DNA of 64,000 nucleotides from Sulfurimonas sp. (GCF_029027405.1 NZ_CP093396.1:1931497-1995496), one strand, 5' to 3'; counted from the stretch's first letter, positions 50,978 to 60,814 are shown. The notes: generated by a model from the letters alone, not told the origin. Program-made: numbers and translations.

Positions 50978-52615
50978 ATGCCATCTTCAAATATTAAAAC
51001 ATCTGGTTTTTCACTTGCAAAAAGAAGAGAACTAAAAGGTGATGACTTTTACGATACAAAGACCATAGGTGATTTAACCATAGCAATAGTCTGTGATGGA
51101 GTTGGAAGTGCTAGTGAAGGTGCAGTTGCGGCTTCAAGGGTTACAAGCTATCTTATGAATAATTTTAAAATTCGTCCTAAAACATGGAGCATAGAGAAAT
51201 CAATAAAAACTTTTATTCACTCTATAAATTCTATTCTTTACCAAGAGTCTATGCTAAATTATGAGCGACCTGAATTAGTTACAACCCTATGTATCATAGT
51301 TATTCAAGGTAATAAACTTTATGGTGCAAATGTTGGGGATTCAAGAGTATATTTACATAGAAATAAAAAACTAAATCAACTATCCTATGACCACGCAATG
51401 GAGGAAAAAGGTTATGAAAATGTACTTACTCAAGCAATTGGTATAGATAAAGAAGTTGAACCCTACTATTTTGAAAATATTATTCAAACTGATGATAGTC
51501 TTTTACTTTGTAGTGATGGACTTTATAATGTTTTAACTCAAGAAACACTTGAGGTTGGTATCTTAAATGGGGCTTCTTTTTTAGTAAAAAAAGCTTCTAA
51601 ATTAGTTAAAGACAACCTTCCTGATGATACCACAGCAGTAGTGGTTAAAATTCTTAAAGCCAACGATTTCCAACTCTTAAAACAACAAAACATGCCAATC
51701 CCAAAAAGTTTAAAAAAAGGACAGATAGTTGATGAGTACAAGCTAGAAAAATCTCTTATTGAAAATGGAAGAACTTGGCTTTGTAGTAAAAAAACAAAAC
51801 AATATGTTATAAAATTTGCTCCTATTGAAGCTATCGATGATGAAATTGCATTAGATATTTTCGTTAAAGAGGCTTGGAATGCAAAAAGATTAAAAGCAGA
51901 ATTTTTTCCAAAAGCAGTTATTCCAAAAAATAGAACTTATCGCTACTATGTAATGCAACTTTTTAAAGGTGAAGATTTAGACAACTATTTATCTATTAAA
52001 AAAATAACTATTGATGATACTATTGCTTTAGCAACTACACTTTTAAAAATGTCACAGTTTTTATTGAACTATGACTTAATTCACGGAGATATAAAGCCTC
52101 CAAATATAATGATTTCAAAAGACGAAAATGAAAGTCTAGAATTTAGAATTATTGATTTTGGAAGTATTACGGAGATATTTTCACATGCGACTAAAGCAGG
52201 AACACCTAGTTTTCTTTCTCCTCAAAGGTTTGAAGACGAAGCCATAAATGAATCAAGTGAGATTTTTTCCATAGGTGTTACAATATACCTCGCTTTAACT
52301 AGTAAATATCCATATGGAGAAATAGAACCTTTTCAATCACCTACATTTAAAGAAGCTAAAAAACCAAGCTTGTATAATAGCAACATACCAAACTGGTTAG
52401 ACAGTGTAATTTTACGCTCAATAGCACTAGATAAAGACAGAAGGTATGAACATTATTCTGAAATGGAGTATGAGTTAAAAAACCCAACAAAAGTAAAACC
52501 TTTCTTTGCTAAAAATGCCACACTAATGGAACGCTCACCATTGGCTTTTTATAAGGCTGGTTTCATTATAATGACACTCTTAAATATTATCTTACTTATA
52601 TGGATGGACTCATAA
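50978..52615 (+). CDS. PP2C-family Ser/Thr phosphatase fused to a Ser/Thr protein kinase, C-terminal tail anchor
   Basis: PP2C motifs (VCDGVGSA, GANVGDSRVY, CSDGL). Kinase motifs (YVIKF, HGDIKPPNIMI, DFGSI, GTPSFLSP). A terminal TM helix. Confidence 0.8.
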   Translation: MPSSNIKTSGFSLAKRRELKGDDFYDTKTIGDLTIAIVCDGVGSASEGAVAASRVTSYLMNNFKIRPKTWSIEKSIKTFIHSINSILYQESMLNYERPELVTTLCIIVIQGNKLYGANVGDSRVYLHRNKKLNQLSYDHAMEEKGYENVLTQAIGIDKEVEPYYFENIIQTDDSLLLCSDGLYNVLTQETLEVGILNGASFLVKKASKLVKDNLPDDTTAVVVKILKANDFQLLKQQNMPIPKSLKKGQIVDEYKLEKSLIENGRTWLCSKKTKQYVIKFAPIEAIDDEIALDIFVKEAWNAKRLKAEFFPKAVIPKNRTYRYYVMQLFKGEDLDNYLSIKKITIDDTIALATTLLKMSQFLLNYDLIHGDIKPPNIMISKDENESLEFRIIDFGSITEIFSHATKAGTPSFLSPQRFEDEAINESSEIFSIGVTIYLALTSKYPYGEIEPFQSPTFKEAKKPSLYNSNIPNWLDSVILRSIALDKDRRYEHYSEMEYELKNPTKVKPFFAKNATLMERSPLAFYKAGFIIMTLLNIILLIWMDS

Positions 52616-53937
52616 TAAATATGAACTGGCTAAACTTTTTTTATAACAAAACTACGCATCTAAGACACTCTTTTGGAAGAGGTATAAACGCTTCTATATC
52701 TCCCAATGAAGAAGAACTTTTTGATAAATCTTATGAAGCATTTGAAAAAGGCAGGACTTTAAAGGCTTACGAATATTTTTTCAAATCTTTAGAGAATTTT
52801 TCAAATGAAAATTCAAACAACAATATTATTACAAAATTAAAGAGTGATAAACTAGAGTTTGAAATATTTCAGGGAAGTGCGAAAATAAGAGGTCACGTTA
52901 CAAATGCAAAATTGTATGCTGAGGCAATTATTATCAATACTTCAGATGCTAAAGTGGCTTTAAAAAGATACATTCTACAAAGAAACTATCAACTCACATA
53001 TGCATGTTACTTTAGTGATGATGATTTTATTAAACTAAAAATTTTTCAAGATAACATTACCGCTTCTCCACAAAAAATATTTTTTCCTTTAAGAGAGATT
53101 GCTCTAACTGCAGACTTTGACAAAGAGTTTATAAAAAGTGAATTTCCTAATATCACTTTGAAAGATGCAACGCATCTAGTTAAATTATCTCCAGAGGAGT
53201 TAAAGATAAAATATGACTTTTTACATCAATGGATAAATGAACTAGAAGCAAAACTATCAACTCTTCCGACAAATGATAATGCTGGAATGCAATCTTTTTT
53301 ATACTTAAATTTTCTTTTTAAAATCGACTATTTACTTGTTCCAAAATGTGAGATATACCAAAAAATCAGTAAAAAAATACAACGCTATTTTAATGATGAA
53401 ACCCTATCTCCTGAAGCAAAAAATGAAGAACTAAACAGATACATACAAAAACTAAAAGTTATGAAATTTGAAGACTTTAGTAGTAAGTTTTATAATGCAA
53501 AATATACTTTTAATCCTTTAGAAAAAAGTACACAAGAAGAAATAAATAATTTTATAAGTGAATCACTCATAAAAATAAGATGGTATAAAAACAATCGCTA
53601 TAAGCAAATAATACCTAGCATCTACACTTATATACCTTTTAATATTTTGTATAACTATGGTCTAAATCCTGTAACTAAATCTCTTTTACATACACTAATC
53701 GAAATTCAAAACCCATCTTTTTTCAAGGCTCTTGATTATACTCCTCTTTATTTTGAAGAAAAAGACACCTTTGCTAAAAAAGCAATTATCGCTAGAGTAG
53801 ATGAGGCTATACTTCCTAATCAAAGTCAATTTAAATCTTTAGAAACTTTTGGAGATAAACTAAACTTTTCTTCCATGAATGAACTTAGTAATAGCTATCT
53901 TCTTCAGCTAAAGCACTTAAATTTCGAGGAGATATAA
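52600..53937 (+). CDS. hypothetical protein (445 aa) co-operonic with the PP2C-kinase
   Basis: Start overlaps the kinase stop. The N-terminal ~170 aa loosely resemble YbjN/T3SS-chaperone-like folds, by eye only. Confidence 0.5.
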   Translation: MDGLIINMNWLNFFYNKTTHLRHSFGRGINASISPNEEELFDKSYEAFEKGRTLKAYEYFFKSLENFSNENSNNNIITKLKSDKLEFEIFQGSAKIRGHVTNAKLYAEAIIINTSDAKVALKRYILQRNYQLTYACYFSDDDFIKLKIFQDNITASPQKIFFPLREIALTADFDKEFIKSEFPNITLKDATHLVKLSPEELKIKYDFLHQWINELEAKLSTLPTNDNAGMQSFLYLNFLFKIDYLLVPKCEIYQKISKKIQRYFNDETLSPEAKNEELNRYIQKLKVMKFEDFSSKFYNAKYTFNPLEKSTQEEINNFISESLIKIRWYKNNRYKQIIPSIYTYIPFNILYNYGLNPVTKSLLHTLIEIQNPSFFKALDYTPLYFEEKDTFAKKAIIARVDEAILPNQSQFKSLETFGDKLNFSSMNELSNSYLLQLKHLNFEEI

Positions 53938-53939
53938 AA

Positions 53940-55031
53940 ATGAATACTCAAGATATACTAGATAAATATGTAGATAATATCATTCAAATTATGACTCCAT
54001 ACGGAACAGGCACAGGTTTTATAATAGATGACTTGATTATTACAAATTCTCATGTTGTGAGTGGATTAAAAGAAGTTGTAATCAGCTCAAAACTAATCAA
54101 AAGAACAATAGCTCAAGTTATATATGATGATGCGGATTATGATTTAGCTTTTATCCATATTGATTTTAAAGCATCTAGTAATCCTTTAAAACTATCTTTA
54201 TCACCTGTAAAAGATGGTGATACAACTATTGCTATTGGCCATCCTTATGGGCTAAACTATACAGCTACAGAGGGGATAGTTTCAAAAGCATCTAGGCTTC
54301 AAGATGATTTAGAATATATTCAAATTGATGCAGCTATAAATCCAGGTAATAGTGGTGGACCTCTTTTAAATGTTGAAGGTGAAGTCACAGGGGTAAATAC
54401 TTTTATTGTTCAAAATGCTAACAATTTAGGTTTTGCTCTTCCCTACTTTTATGTTGATGAAACAATACAAAATTTCAAAAATATTAAAGAAATAAATATT
54501 ATAAAATGTCCCTCATGTAAAAATTTCATAAAAGAAAAAGAGATAAAAAATGATTACTGCTTTGAATGTGGCACAAAACTTCTAGTTGCAAAACAAAGAA
54601 GAAAAGGGTATAAACCTTCTGGAGCTACTAAACTTTTAGAAGAAATTCTATCAGATTTAGATGTTAATGTTACTCTTTCAAGACGCTCGCAAGCATCTTG
54701 GAGAGTACAAAGCGGTAGTGCGAGGGTAGAGATAAACTATTATGAGAATGGTATAATTATTGGAGACTCTAAACTGTGCCAAATTCCTAAAGATAAGATA
54801 AATGAGATCTATGATTATCTTTTAAGTCAAAATAAAAAATTATCATATTTACAGTTTTCAATAAATGAAAATACTATCTATCTTTCATACCTTATAGTAG
54901 ATTCATCATTAACACTACAAGAAGGAAAAATTGCCTTTAAACGCTTGCTAGATTTATCTGATGAGTATGATGATATTCTGATAAACAAATATAACGCCAT
55001 AAAATTAAAACGAGATGAGGAAGACGAATGA
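53940..55031 (+). CDS. trypsin-like (S1) serine peptidase with C-terminal zinc ribbon and YbjN-like domain
   Basis: GTGFII..ITNSHVV, GHPYG and GNSGGPL motifs; CPSCKN...CFECG ribbon. Confidence 0.75.
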   Translation: MNTQDILDKYVDNIIQIMTPYGTGTGFIIDDLIITNSHVVSGLKEVVISSKLIKRTIAQVIYDDADYDLAFIHIDFKASSNPLKLSLSPVKDGDTTIAIGHPYGLNYTATEGIVSKASRLQDDLEYIQIDAAINPGNSGGPLLNVEGEVTGVNTFIVQNANNLGFALPYFYVDETIQNFKNIKEINIIKCPSCKNFIKEKEIKNDYCFECGTKLLVAKQRRKGYKPSGATKLLEEILSDLDVNVTLSRRSQASWRVQSGSARVEINYYENGIIIGDSKLCQIPKDKINEIYDYLLSQNKKLSYLQFSINENTIYLSYLIVDSSLTLQEGKIAFKRLLDLSDEYDDILINKYNAIKLKRDEEDE

Positions 55032-56980
55032 GTAGTAAATTTTTAAAATTTAATGTAGAACTAGATAGCTTTATAACAGATTTAGAAAAAAAAATTAAAA
55101 CGAACAATGAGAGCATAGAAACATTTTTAAAACAAGAGCATAACACATATGCTTCTTTTGTAAAACCGATACAGATGCTAGAAGAAAAACTTGAACATTT
55201 TTTTACACCTTTATCGCATCTAAACTCTGTAAACAACTCAGATGAAACACAAAAAATTTATGCTGATTCTTTACCAATAATTACAGAATATTCTACAAAT
55301 ATATCTCAAAATATAGATATTTACAACGCTTATAACAAGATTCAACAAAATGAAAAAGAAACTTTAAACTTCGAGCAAAAAAAAGTTTTAGAGTTAAATA
55401 TACTAAATTTCGAGTTAAGTGGTGCACACCTAGATGCAAAAGTAAAACAAAGACTTGGGGAGATAAATATAAAACTAAGTGAGCTCTCAAATAACTTCTC
55501 ACAAAACCTTCTGGATGCTACTAATGATTATGAGTACATCATAGAAGATGAAGCTGATATAGAAGGAATTCCACAAAGCGATATTCAGAGTGCAAAATAT
55601 GAGGAAGATTCTAAAACAAAATATAAGTTTACTCTTCAGATGCCATCATACATTGCCTATATGACTTACGGTAGAAATGCAAAAATAAGAGAATCTTTAT
55701 ACAAGGCTTATGTAACAAGAGCACCACAAAATGCAAAAATCATAGATGAATTACTAGCTCTAAAAAATGAAATGAGCAAAATATTAGGCTTTGATAATTA
55801 TGCACAATACTCTATAAAAAGTAAAATGGCAACAGACGAAAAAAGCGTAGTAAACTTTCTGCAAACTTTAATAACAAAATCAATAGATCAAGCAAAAAAT
55901 GAACTTCAAGAAGTTGAGAAAATGTCAGGCAAAACACTACAAAGTTTTGACAGTGCTTACTATAGCGAACTTCTTAAAAAAGAAAAATATGAAATAGATG
56001 AAGAGTTATATCGCCCATACTTTGAGCAAAACAGAGTTGTAACTGGAATGTTTGACTTTTTAAACAAACTATTTTCAATTGAATTTAAAAAAGTAGAAGA
56101 AAAACTTTGGGATGAAAAGGCTAGTTCTTATGACCTTTATCTTGATGGCAAATTAAAAGCAAGACTCTATCTTGATTTAGAAGCTAGAAAAACAAAAAGA
56201 GGTGGAGCGTGGATGCATAACTGGCAATCACATTGCTTAGATGAAGAAGGCAAAAAACAACTAGCATCTTCATTTATAGTTTGTAACTTTCCTCCATCTA
56301 CTTCAGAGACTCCTTCTTTACTTCGACATGATGATGTTGTAACTCTTTTTCATGAGATGGGACATGCGATTCATCATATGTTAAGTAGTGTCAATGAGAA
56401 TGAAGTTAGTGGGGTAAATGGAGTTGAATGGGATGCAGTTGAGTTCCCATCACAATTTTTGGAAAATTTTGCTTATGAACCAAGTGTTTTAAAACTTTTT
56501 GCTTCTCATCATGAAAGTGGTGAAATTATTTCAGATGAGATGATTCAAAAGCTTGTTAAAAGTAAAAACTTCTTATCGGCATCTGGAATGCTTAGACAAT
56601 TAGAATTTTCTATTTTTGATTTTAAACTACACTCTAAAATATATAAAGGTGATGAAGTTCAAGCACTCTTAGATAACATAAGAGAAGAAACCGCTCTTAT
56701 AAAAACACCAAGTTATAATAAGTTTCAAAATGGTTTTGCTCATATTTTTGCTGGTGGATATGCTGCTGGATATTATAGTTACAAATGGGCAGAGGTCTTA
56801 AGTGCAGATGCTTTTTTTAGTGTAGTTGATGAAGGAATATTTGATTCTAAAACTGCTAAAAAGTACCTTAATGTGGTACTTAATGGTGGTGGAGCAAAGA
56901 GTATGCAAAGCTATTTTGAAGAACTTATGGGACGAGAACCTGATCCGCAAAACTTATTAAGATTAAATGGCATTAATTAG
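55028..56980 (+). CDS. M3-family oligopeptidase (oligopeptidase A/thimet-like)
   Basis: HEMGHAIHHM zinc motif with a downstream E, 650 aa. Confidence 0.9.
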   Translation: MSSKFLKFNVELDSFITDLEKKIKTNNESIETFLKQEHNTYASFVKPIQMLEEKLEHFFTPLSHLNSVNNSDETQKIYADSLPIITEYSTNISQNIDIYNAYNKIQQNEKETLNFEQKKVLELNILNFELSGAHLDAKVKQRLGEINIKLSELSNNFSQNLLDATNDYEYIIEDEADIEGIPQSDIQSAKYEEDSKTKYKFTLQMPSYIAYMTYGRNAKIRESLYKAYVTRAPQNAKIIDELLALKNEMSKILGFDNYAQYSIKSKMATDEKSVVNFLQTLITKSIDQAKNELQEVEKMSGKTLQSFDSAYYSELLKKEKYEIDEELYRPYFEQNRVVTGMFDFLNKLFSIEFKKVEEKLWDEKASSYDLYLDGKLKARLYLDLEARKTKRGGAWMHNWQSHCLDEEGKKQLASSFIVCNFPPSTSETPSLLRHDDVVTLFHEMGHAIHHMLSSVNENEVSGVNGVEWDAVEFPSQFLENFAYEPSVLKLFASHHESGEIISDEMIQKLVKSKNFLSASGMLRQLEFSIFDFKLHSKIYKGDEVQALLDNIREETALIKTPSYNKFQNGFAHIFAGGYAAGYYSYKWAEVLSADAFFSVVDEGIFDSKTAKKYLNVVLNGGGAKSMQSYFEELMGREPDPQNLLRLNGIN

Positions 56981-57963
56981 TGAAACACCTCTTTGTTTTT
57001 CTTATATTAATCAGTTCATTATATGGAGATAGAATGTTCAAAGTTGCTACTTACAATGTTGAAAACCTTTTTGACTTAAATAAAAAAGGTTATAAACACA
57101 AAGAGTATAAAGCATTTACTCCATCTCTTTGGAACAAGAAAAACTATAAAATTAAACTGCAAAATATTGCAAAAGTCATCAAAGATATAGATGCTGACAT
57201 CATAACACTTCAAGAAGTTCATTCACTAGATGCTTTAAAAGATTTGCGTTTAGAGCTTAAAAAAAATGGTTTATATTACCAATATTATAAAATTACAGAT
57301 AATAAACCTACTGCTATTCATGTAGCATTTTTAAGTAAATTTCCTTTTGTTTATACAAAAGAATTAAAAGTCACTTCATCTTATAAATACAGAAATATCT
57401 TAGAAGCTAAACTAAATATAGATGGACAAAACTTATACCTATTTGCAAATCATTGGAAAGCTAAATCGGGACCTGAGAGTATGAGAATAACATCTGCTAA
57501 GGTTTTAAGAAATAGAGTTGCCCAAGTTGGATATGAAAAAAATATAATCTTACTAGGTGACTTTAACTCTGACTATGAAGAGTACATAAAATTTATACGC
57601 AAAAGAAGACACAACGATACAAATGGAAAAACAGGTATAAATCATGTGCTAAGAACCATAAAACAAGGTCATAATAGTTTTTATAACCTTTGGTACGATG
57701 CGAAAGAAAAAGATAGATACTCTTATATTTACAGAGGTAAAAAAGAGGCGCTTGATAATATTTTAATCTCACAATCACTTCTTATAAAAGATGGCATCTC
57801 TTACATAACAAGCTCTATAAAAAACCTAGATAAAAAATACCTATTTAAAAAGAAACAGATTTTCAGATGGCAAGTATCTCGTGCTAGAGTTCCTAAACAT
57901 AAAGGTAAAGGTTACTCCGACCACTTACCAGTTATGGCAAAATTTAAGATAAACTCCAATTAA
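56980..57963 (+). CDS. secreted endonuclease/exonuclease/phosphatase (EEP) family protein
   Basis: Signal peptide, then KVATYNVENLFD and a C-terminal SDHLPV motif. Confidence 0.8.
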   Translation: MKHLFVFLILISSLYGDRMFKVATYNVENLFDLNKKGYKHKEYKAFTPSLWNKKNYKIKLQNIAKVIKDIDADIITLQEVHSLDALKDLRLELKKNGLYYQYYKITDNKPTAIHVAFLSKFPFVYTKELKVTSSYKYRNILEAKLNIDGQNLYLFANHWKAKSGPESMRITSAKVLRNRVAQVGYEKNIILLGDFNSDYEEYIKFIRKRRHNDTNGKTGINHVLRTIKQGHNSFYNLWYDAKEKDRYSYIYRGKKEALDNILISQSLLIKDGISYITSSIKNLDKKYLFKKKQIFRWQVSRARVPKHKGKGYSDHLPVMAKFKINSN

Positions 57964-58606
57964 TCTCTTTTTTAGAATGTTGCTTTAAATATTCGTTTGT
58001 TTTAGAAAATGGCTTTGAACCAAAGAATCCTCTATATGAAGATAATGGTGATGGATGTGGTGATTTTAATACTAGATGCTTACTCTCATCTATAAAAGAA
58101 GCTTTTTTGATAGAGGAGTTACCCCACAAGATAAAAACAATATTTTCAGACTTTAAAGATAATTCTTTGATTATAAAATCTGTAAAAATTTCCCAACCTT
58201 TTGCTTTGTGAGAATTTGCTTTTGCGCTTTGTACTGTTAAGACAGTGTTAATTAGTAAAACTCCTTCTTTAGCCCATGATGTTAGGTTTCCTGTTATTGG
58301 ATATTTGCATCCCATATCTTCTACTAACTCTTTAAATATATTTTTTAGTGAAGGTGGTATTTTACATTTATCTCCAACAGAAAAAGCCAAACCATTTGCT
58401 TGATTTTCACCATGATAAGGGTCTTGCCCGATTATAACAACTTTTACTTTTGGAACTTCTATTAAATTAAATGCTCTATATATATCTTCTCGTTTTGGAA
58501 AAATTGTTTTTTCTTTATATTCTTTGTCAACAAATGATTCAAGTTTTTTAAAATAATCTTCTTGCATCTGTGCTTGTAGTAAGTTTGACCATGATTTACT
58601 TAACAT
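57944..58606 (-). CDS. ung: uracil-DNA glycosylase
   Basis: VVIIGQDPYHG (water-activating loop), LLNTVLTV, HPSPLS (His motif). Confidence 0.95.
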   Translation of the reverse strand: MLSKSWSNLLQAQMQEDYFKKLESFVDKEYKEKTIFPKREDIYRAFNLIEVPKVKVVIIGQDPYHGENQANGLAFSVGDKCKIPPSLKNIFKELVEDMGCKYPITGNLTSWAKEGVLLINTVLTVQSAKANSHKAKGWEIFTDFIIKELSLKSENIVFILWGNSSIKKASFIDESKHLVLKSPHPSPLSSYRGFFGSKPFSKTNEYLKQHSKKEINWSLS

Positions 58607-59007
58607 TAAAAACTCTCTAAAGATAGATATATAAGAGGAAGATAAATTACTAAACCCATGTACAATATAAATTTGTTAATTGGTGCTAAGAGAGCCAAAG
58701 TCATCTCATCAGACAAATTTTCATCAATAAACACTTGTTTAATAAGTGAAATTTTTGTAATCATATCAAGTGATTTAATAAGTAATAGCGTAACTGCATA
58801 AATATTATAATCATTTAAAACCATAAACCCGATAGCAAAGTAAAATGTAGGATGCATAATCAAAAATAAGAATATACTTTTAGAATAATGCTGATACATT
58901 CGAGCTAACATACCCATAATAGTTTGGGCTTTTTGCCACTGCAACTCATATATTTCTAAAAATATAAACAGCAATATATAATTTAGTACAACTTCATTTA
59001 TCATCAA
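58606..59007 (-). CDS. hypothetical membrane protein (133 aa)
   Basis: Three to four hydrophobic helices, coupled to the ung start. Confidence 0.5.
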   Translation of the reverse strand: MMINEVVLNYILLFIFLEIYELQWQKAQTIMGMLARMYQHYSKSIFLFLIMHPTFYFAIGFMVLNDYNIYAVTLLLIKSLDMITKISLIKQVFIDENLSDEMTLALLAPINKFILYMGLVIYLPLIYLSLESF

Positions 59008-59057
59008 TTATGGTTCCATAGTTATTTTTTGTAAGTATAGCAAAATCATTTGTAAAG

Positions 59058-59080
59058 TGGTGGACAAGGAGAGATTCGAA
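59058..59080 (-). repeat. tRNA 3'-end-like fragment (T-loop + acceptor + CCA), candidate att remnant
   Basis: Minus strand reads TTCGAATCTCTCCTTGTCCACCA, i.e. T-loop, 3' T-stem, 3' acceptor arm, discriminator and CCA. No matching 5' half, D-arm or anticodon arm is present. Confidence 0.4.
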
Positions 59081-59136
59081 AAAACCTTACCCTGTTTAGT
59101 TCTTTTTTAGCCACTTTCTAACTCTCTTTTACTTTG

Positions 59137-59145
59137 TGTTATACT
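59137..59145 (+). promoter_or_regulatory. extended -10 element TGtTATACT
   Basis: Sits about 95 nt upstream of the small hydrophobic ORF. Confidence 0.3.
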
Positions 59146-59238
59146 TCCGCTGTTACAAGCATTGTCTCTTCTTTTGGCTTATGGGTGTTAAAGGGATATT
59201 TGGATTTAGAGGGTATCTCCAAAGAAAGGAGACACGAT

Positions 59239-59295
59239 GTGAAGTTATTTCTTATACTAGTGGTTTTAATGGTTCTAGCCCAACCGTTATATTAA
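59239..59295 (+). CDS. candidate 18-aa hydrophobic peptide (VKLFLILVVLMVLAQPLY)
   Basis: AGGAG at 59227-59231, a 7-nt spacer, then a GTG start. The hairpin 59213-59235 can sequester the SD. Too short for the ORF track. Confidence 0.3.
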   Translation: MKLFLILVVLMVLAQPLY

Positions 59296-59368
59296 AATAG
59301 GGAGCTTTCGCTCTCTTCCACTTGTGTAATTGTAACATATTTTTATTAATTTTATAAAATGATGATTT

Positions 59369-59397
59369 TTGACATATTCTTTTTACTATGATATACT
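59369..59397 (+). promoter_or_regulatory. sigma70-like promoter TTGACA-N17-TATACT
   Basis: Exact -35 hexamer, 17-nt spacer and a 5/6 -10 match. It would start a roughly 95-nt transcript ending at the 59468-59498 terminator. Confidence 0.35.
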
Positions 59398-59467
59398 TTT
59401 GTTTACTGTGCAAGGTAACTCCTTATAAAGGTGTAATTAATTACTATACTTTTTTTTGGAAGATTAA

Positions 59468-59498
59468 GGTTAGGACTTCGGTCTTAGCCTTTTTTTTT
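59468..59498 (+). terminator. rho-independent terminator (9-bp stem, UUCG tetraloop, T9)
   Basis: ggttaggac-ttcg-gtcttagcc followed by ttttttttt. No annotated plus-strand CDS precedes it. Confidence 0.6.
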
Positions 59499-59699
59499 GC
59501 TTTTTTTTTAGCAAGTGGTGTTAGGTGTGGGATTAGGATTTCAAGATAGGAGTTTATTTTGCACAATAAGCTGATAGTAGCCTTTTTAGTTTTTATGGTG
59601 TTTACACCCTCTTTATACTAATCAAAACAGAGGGATTAATTACCCCTCTGACTACTATTTTTTTATCTACAAAATCTTATAATTTAAATTCTCTTAATT

Positions 59700-60416
59700 T
59701 TAATCTATCATTGGAATTATTCTAAACTCTACTACATCACTATTGTCTTGTATATAGTGATATCCACTTCCATGTAATACATTTTCAGACATTATATATA
59801 TTATTTTAGTTTTGTACATTTCATATAATGGGTATTTTTCTTTATAATCTTGTACATCTTGCCTTGTTACTTTTATTTCTTTATCTCTTACTTTATTTGA
59901 GCTATTGGCACTCCAATTTTTACACTGTATAAATAATATTTCTTTATCTTTTTTAGCAATGATATCTATACCGTAATCTTTTACGCCATTATCTTTTCCA
60001 TGCTCTGCAATTGTATGTCCTTGTTCTCTAAAGTGTTTTGCAATAAAGAGTTCATATTCATCGCCTTTTTCTTTTTTCTCTTTATCTGTCATTTTCTTTG
60101 TTTTAATGACATTTTTTTTATTTACTTGATCCTTTATCTTTTTACTATTTTTTAAACCTTCTACAACATCTATAAATTCAAAGTCATTTTTTATTTTTTC
60201 ATTCCAATGTATATAATTAACACCCATATATACACCCTCTTTAGCACCCTTGTCTATTCCAAGTTTAGTAGCTTTCCAACCTTTATCATCTGACTTGGTT
60301 GCCCACTTTAACAGTTCTAAAACTTCATGAAGTTGTTTTGATGTGATTTTAAAATATTCTCTTATTTCTTTAGCTTTTAAATATATTATTTTATTTTCAT
60401 TTTCTTCTTTTTTCAT
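59700..60416 (-). CDS. Mrr-like (PD-(D/E)xK) restriction-endonuclease-domain protein with N-terminal unknown domain
   Basis: C-terminal GDEYELFIAKHFREQG...DYGIDIIAKKD..ILFIQCKNW matches the Mrr_cat core. Confidence 0.65.
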   Translation of the reverse strand: MKKEENENKIIYLKAKEIREYFKITSKQLHEVLELLKWATKSDDKGWKATKLGIDKGAKEGVYMGVNYIHWNEKIKNDFEFIDVVEGLKNSKKIKDQVNKKNVIKTKKMTDKEKKEKGDEYELFIAKHFREQGHTIAEHGKDNGVKDYGIDIIAKKDKEILFIQCKNWSANSSNKVRDKEIKVTRQDVQDYKEKYPLYEMYKTKIIYIMSENVLHGSGYHYIQDNSDVVEFRIIPMID

Positions 60417-60664
60417 TATATTCCCATTTCTGCTAATTCTGCCATTATTAAATAATAAAATTTCTTTTTTTTATTATCGGGTAGTTTTTTTAATTCTTTT
60501 ACTATTTCTTTTACTAAATTATTATCATTATTTAGATTTATATCTTTTTCATTATTATAAAAATTTTTAATTATAAATTTATATAGTTTGGGTCTTCCAT
60601 CTTCCCATTTACTAAATGTTTTATAATCAAGTTCCAATTCTCTAGTTATTTCTGATTTATTCAT
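60416..60664 (-). CDS. small HTH DNA-binding protein (phage repressor/regulator-like)
   Basis: SEITRELELDYKTFSKWEDG has an HTH-like pattern; divergent from a block of small plus-strand ORFs. Confidence 0.45.
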   Translation of the reverse strand: MNKSEITRELELDYKTFSKWEDGRPKLYKFIIKNFYNNEKDINLNNDNNLVKEIVKELKKLPDNKKKKFYYLIMAELAEMGI

Positions 60665-60790
60665 CTTTATTACCTATTTATATAATTATTTTATATCAAA
60701 ATTACTTATTTATTCATATCTAACTCATTATTACTTAATTTTAAACTGCACTTAAGTTAATATGATATATAATTTAAATATTAATAAGTC

Positions 60791-60814
60791 GTAGTTACCT
60801 AATTAAGTAACTAC
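60791..60814. promoter_or_regulatory. 8-bp perfect inverted repeat gtagttac-N8-gtaactac (candidate operator) in the divergent region
   Basis: Lies about 20 nt upstream of the SD/ATG of the first plus-strand small ORF and upstream of the divergent HTH gene. Confidence 0.35.

Noticed and set aside
59008-59700. Looked for an intact tRNA or tmRNA (ssrA) here because of the ...TTCGAATC...CCACCA motif on the minus strand.
   Set aside because: There is no 5' acceptor strand, D-arm or anticodon arm, no GGGGCUG-type tmRNA start, and no tag-peptide reading frame. Only the 3'-terminal ~23 nt are tRNA-like.
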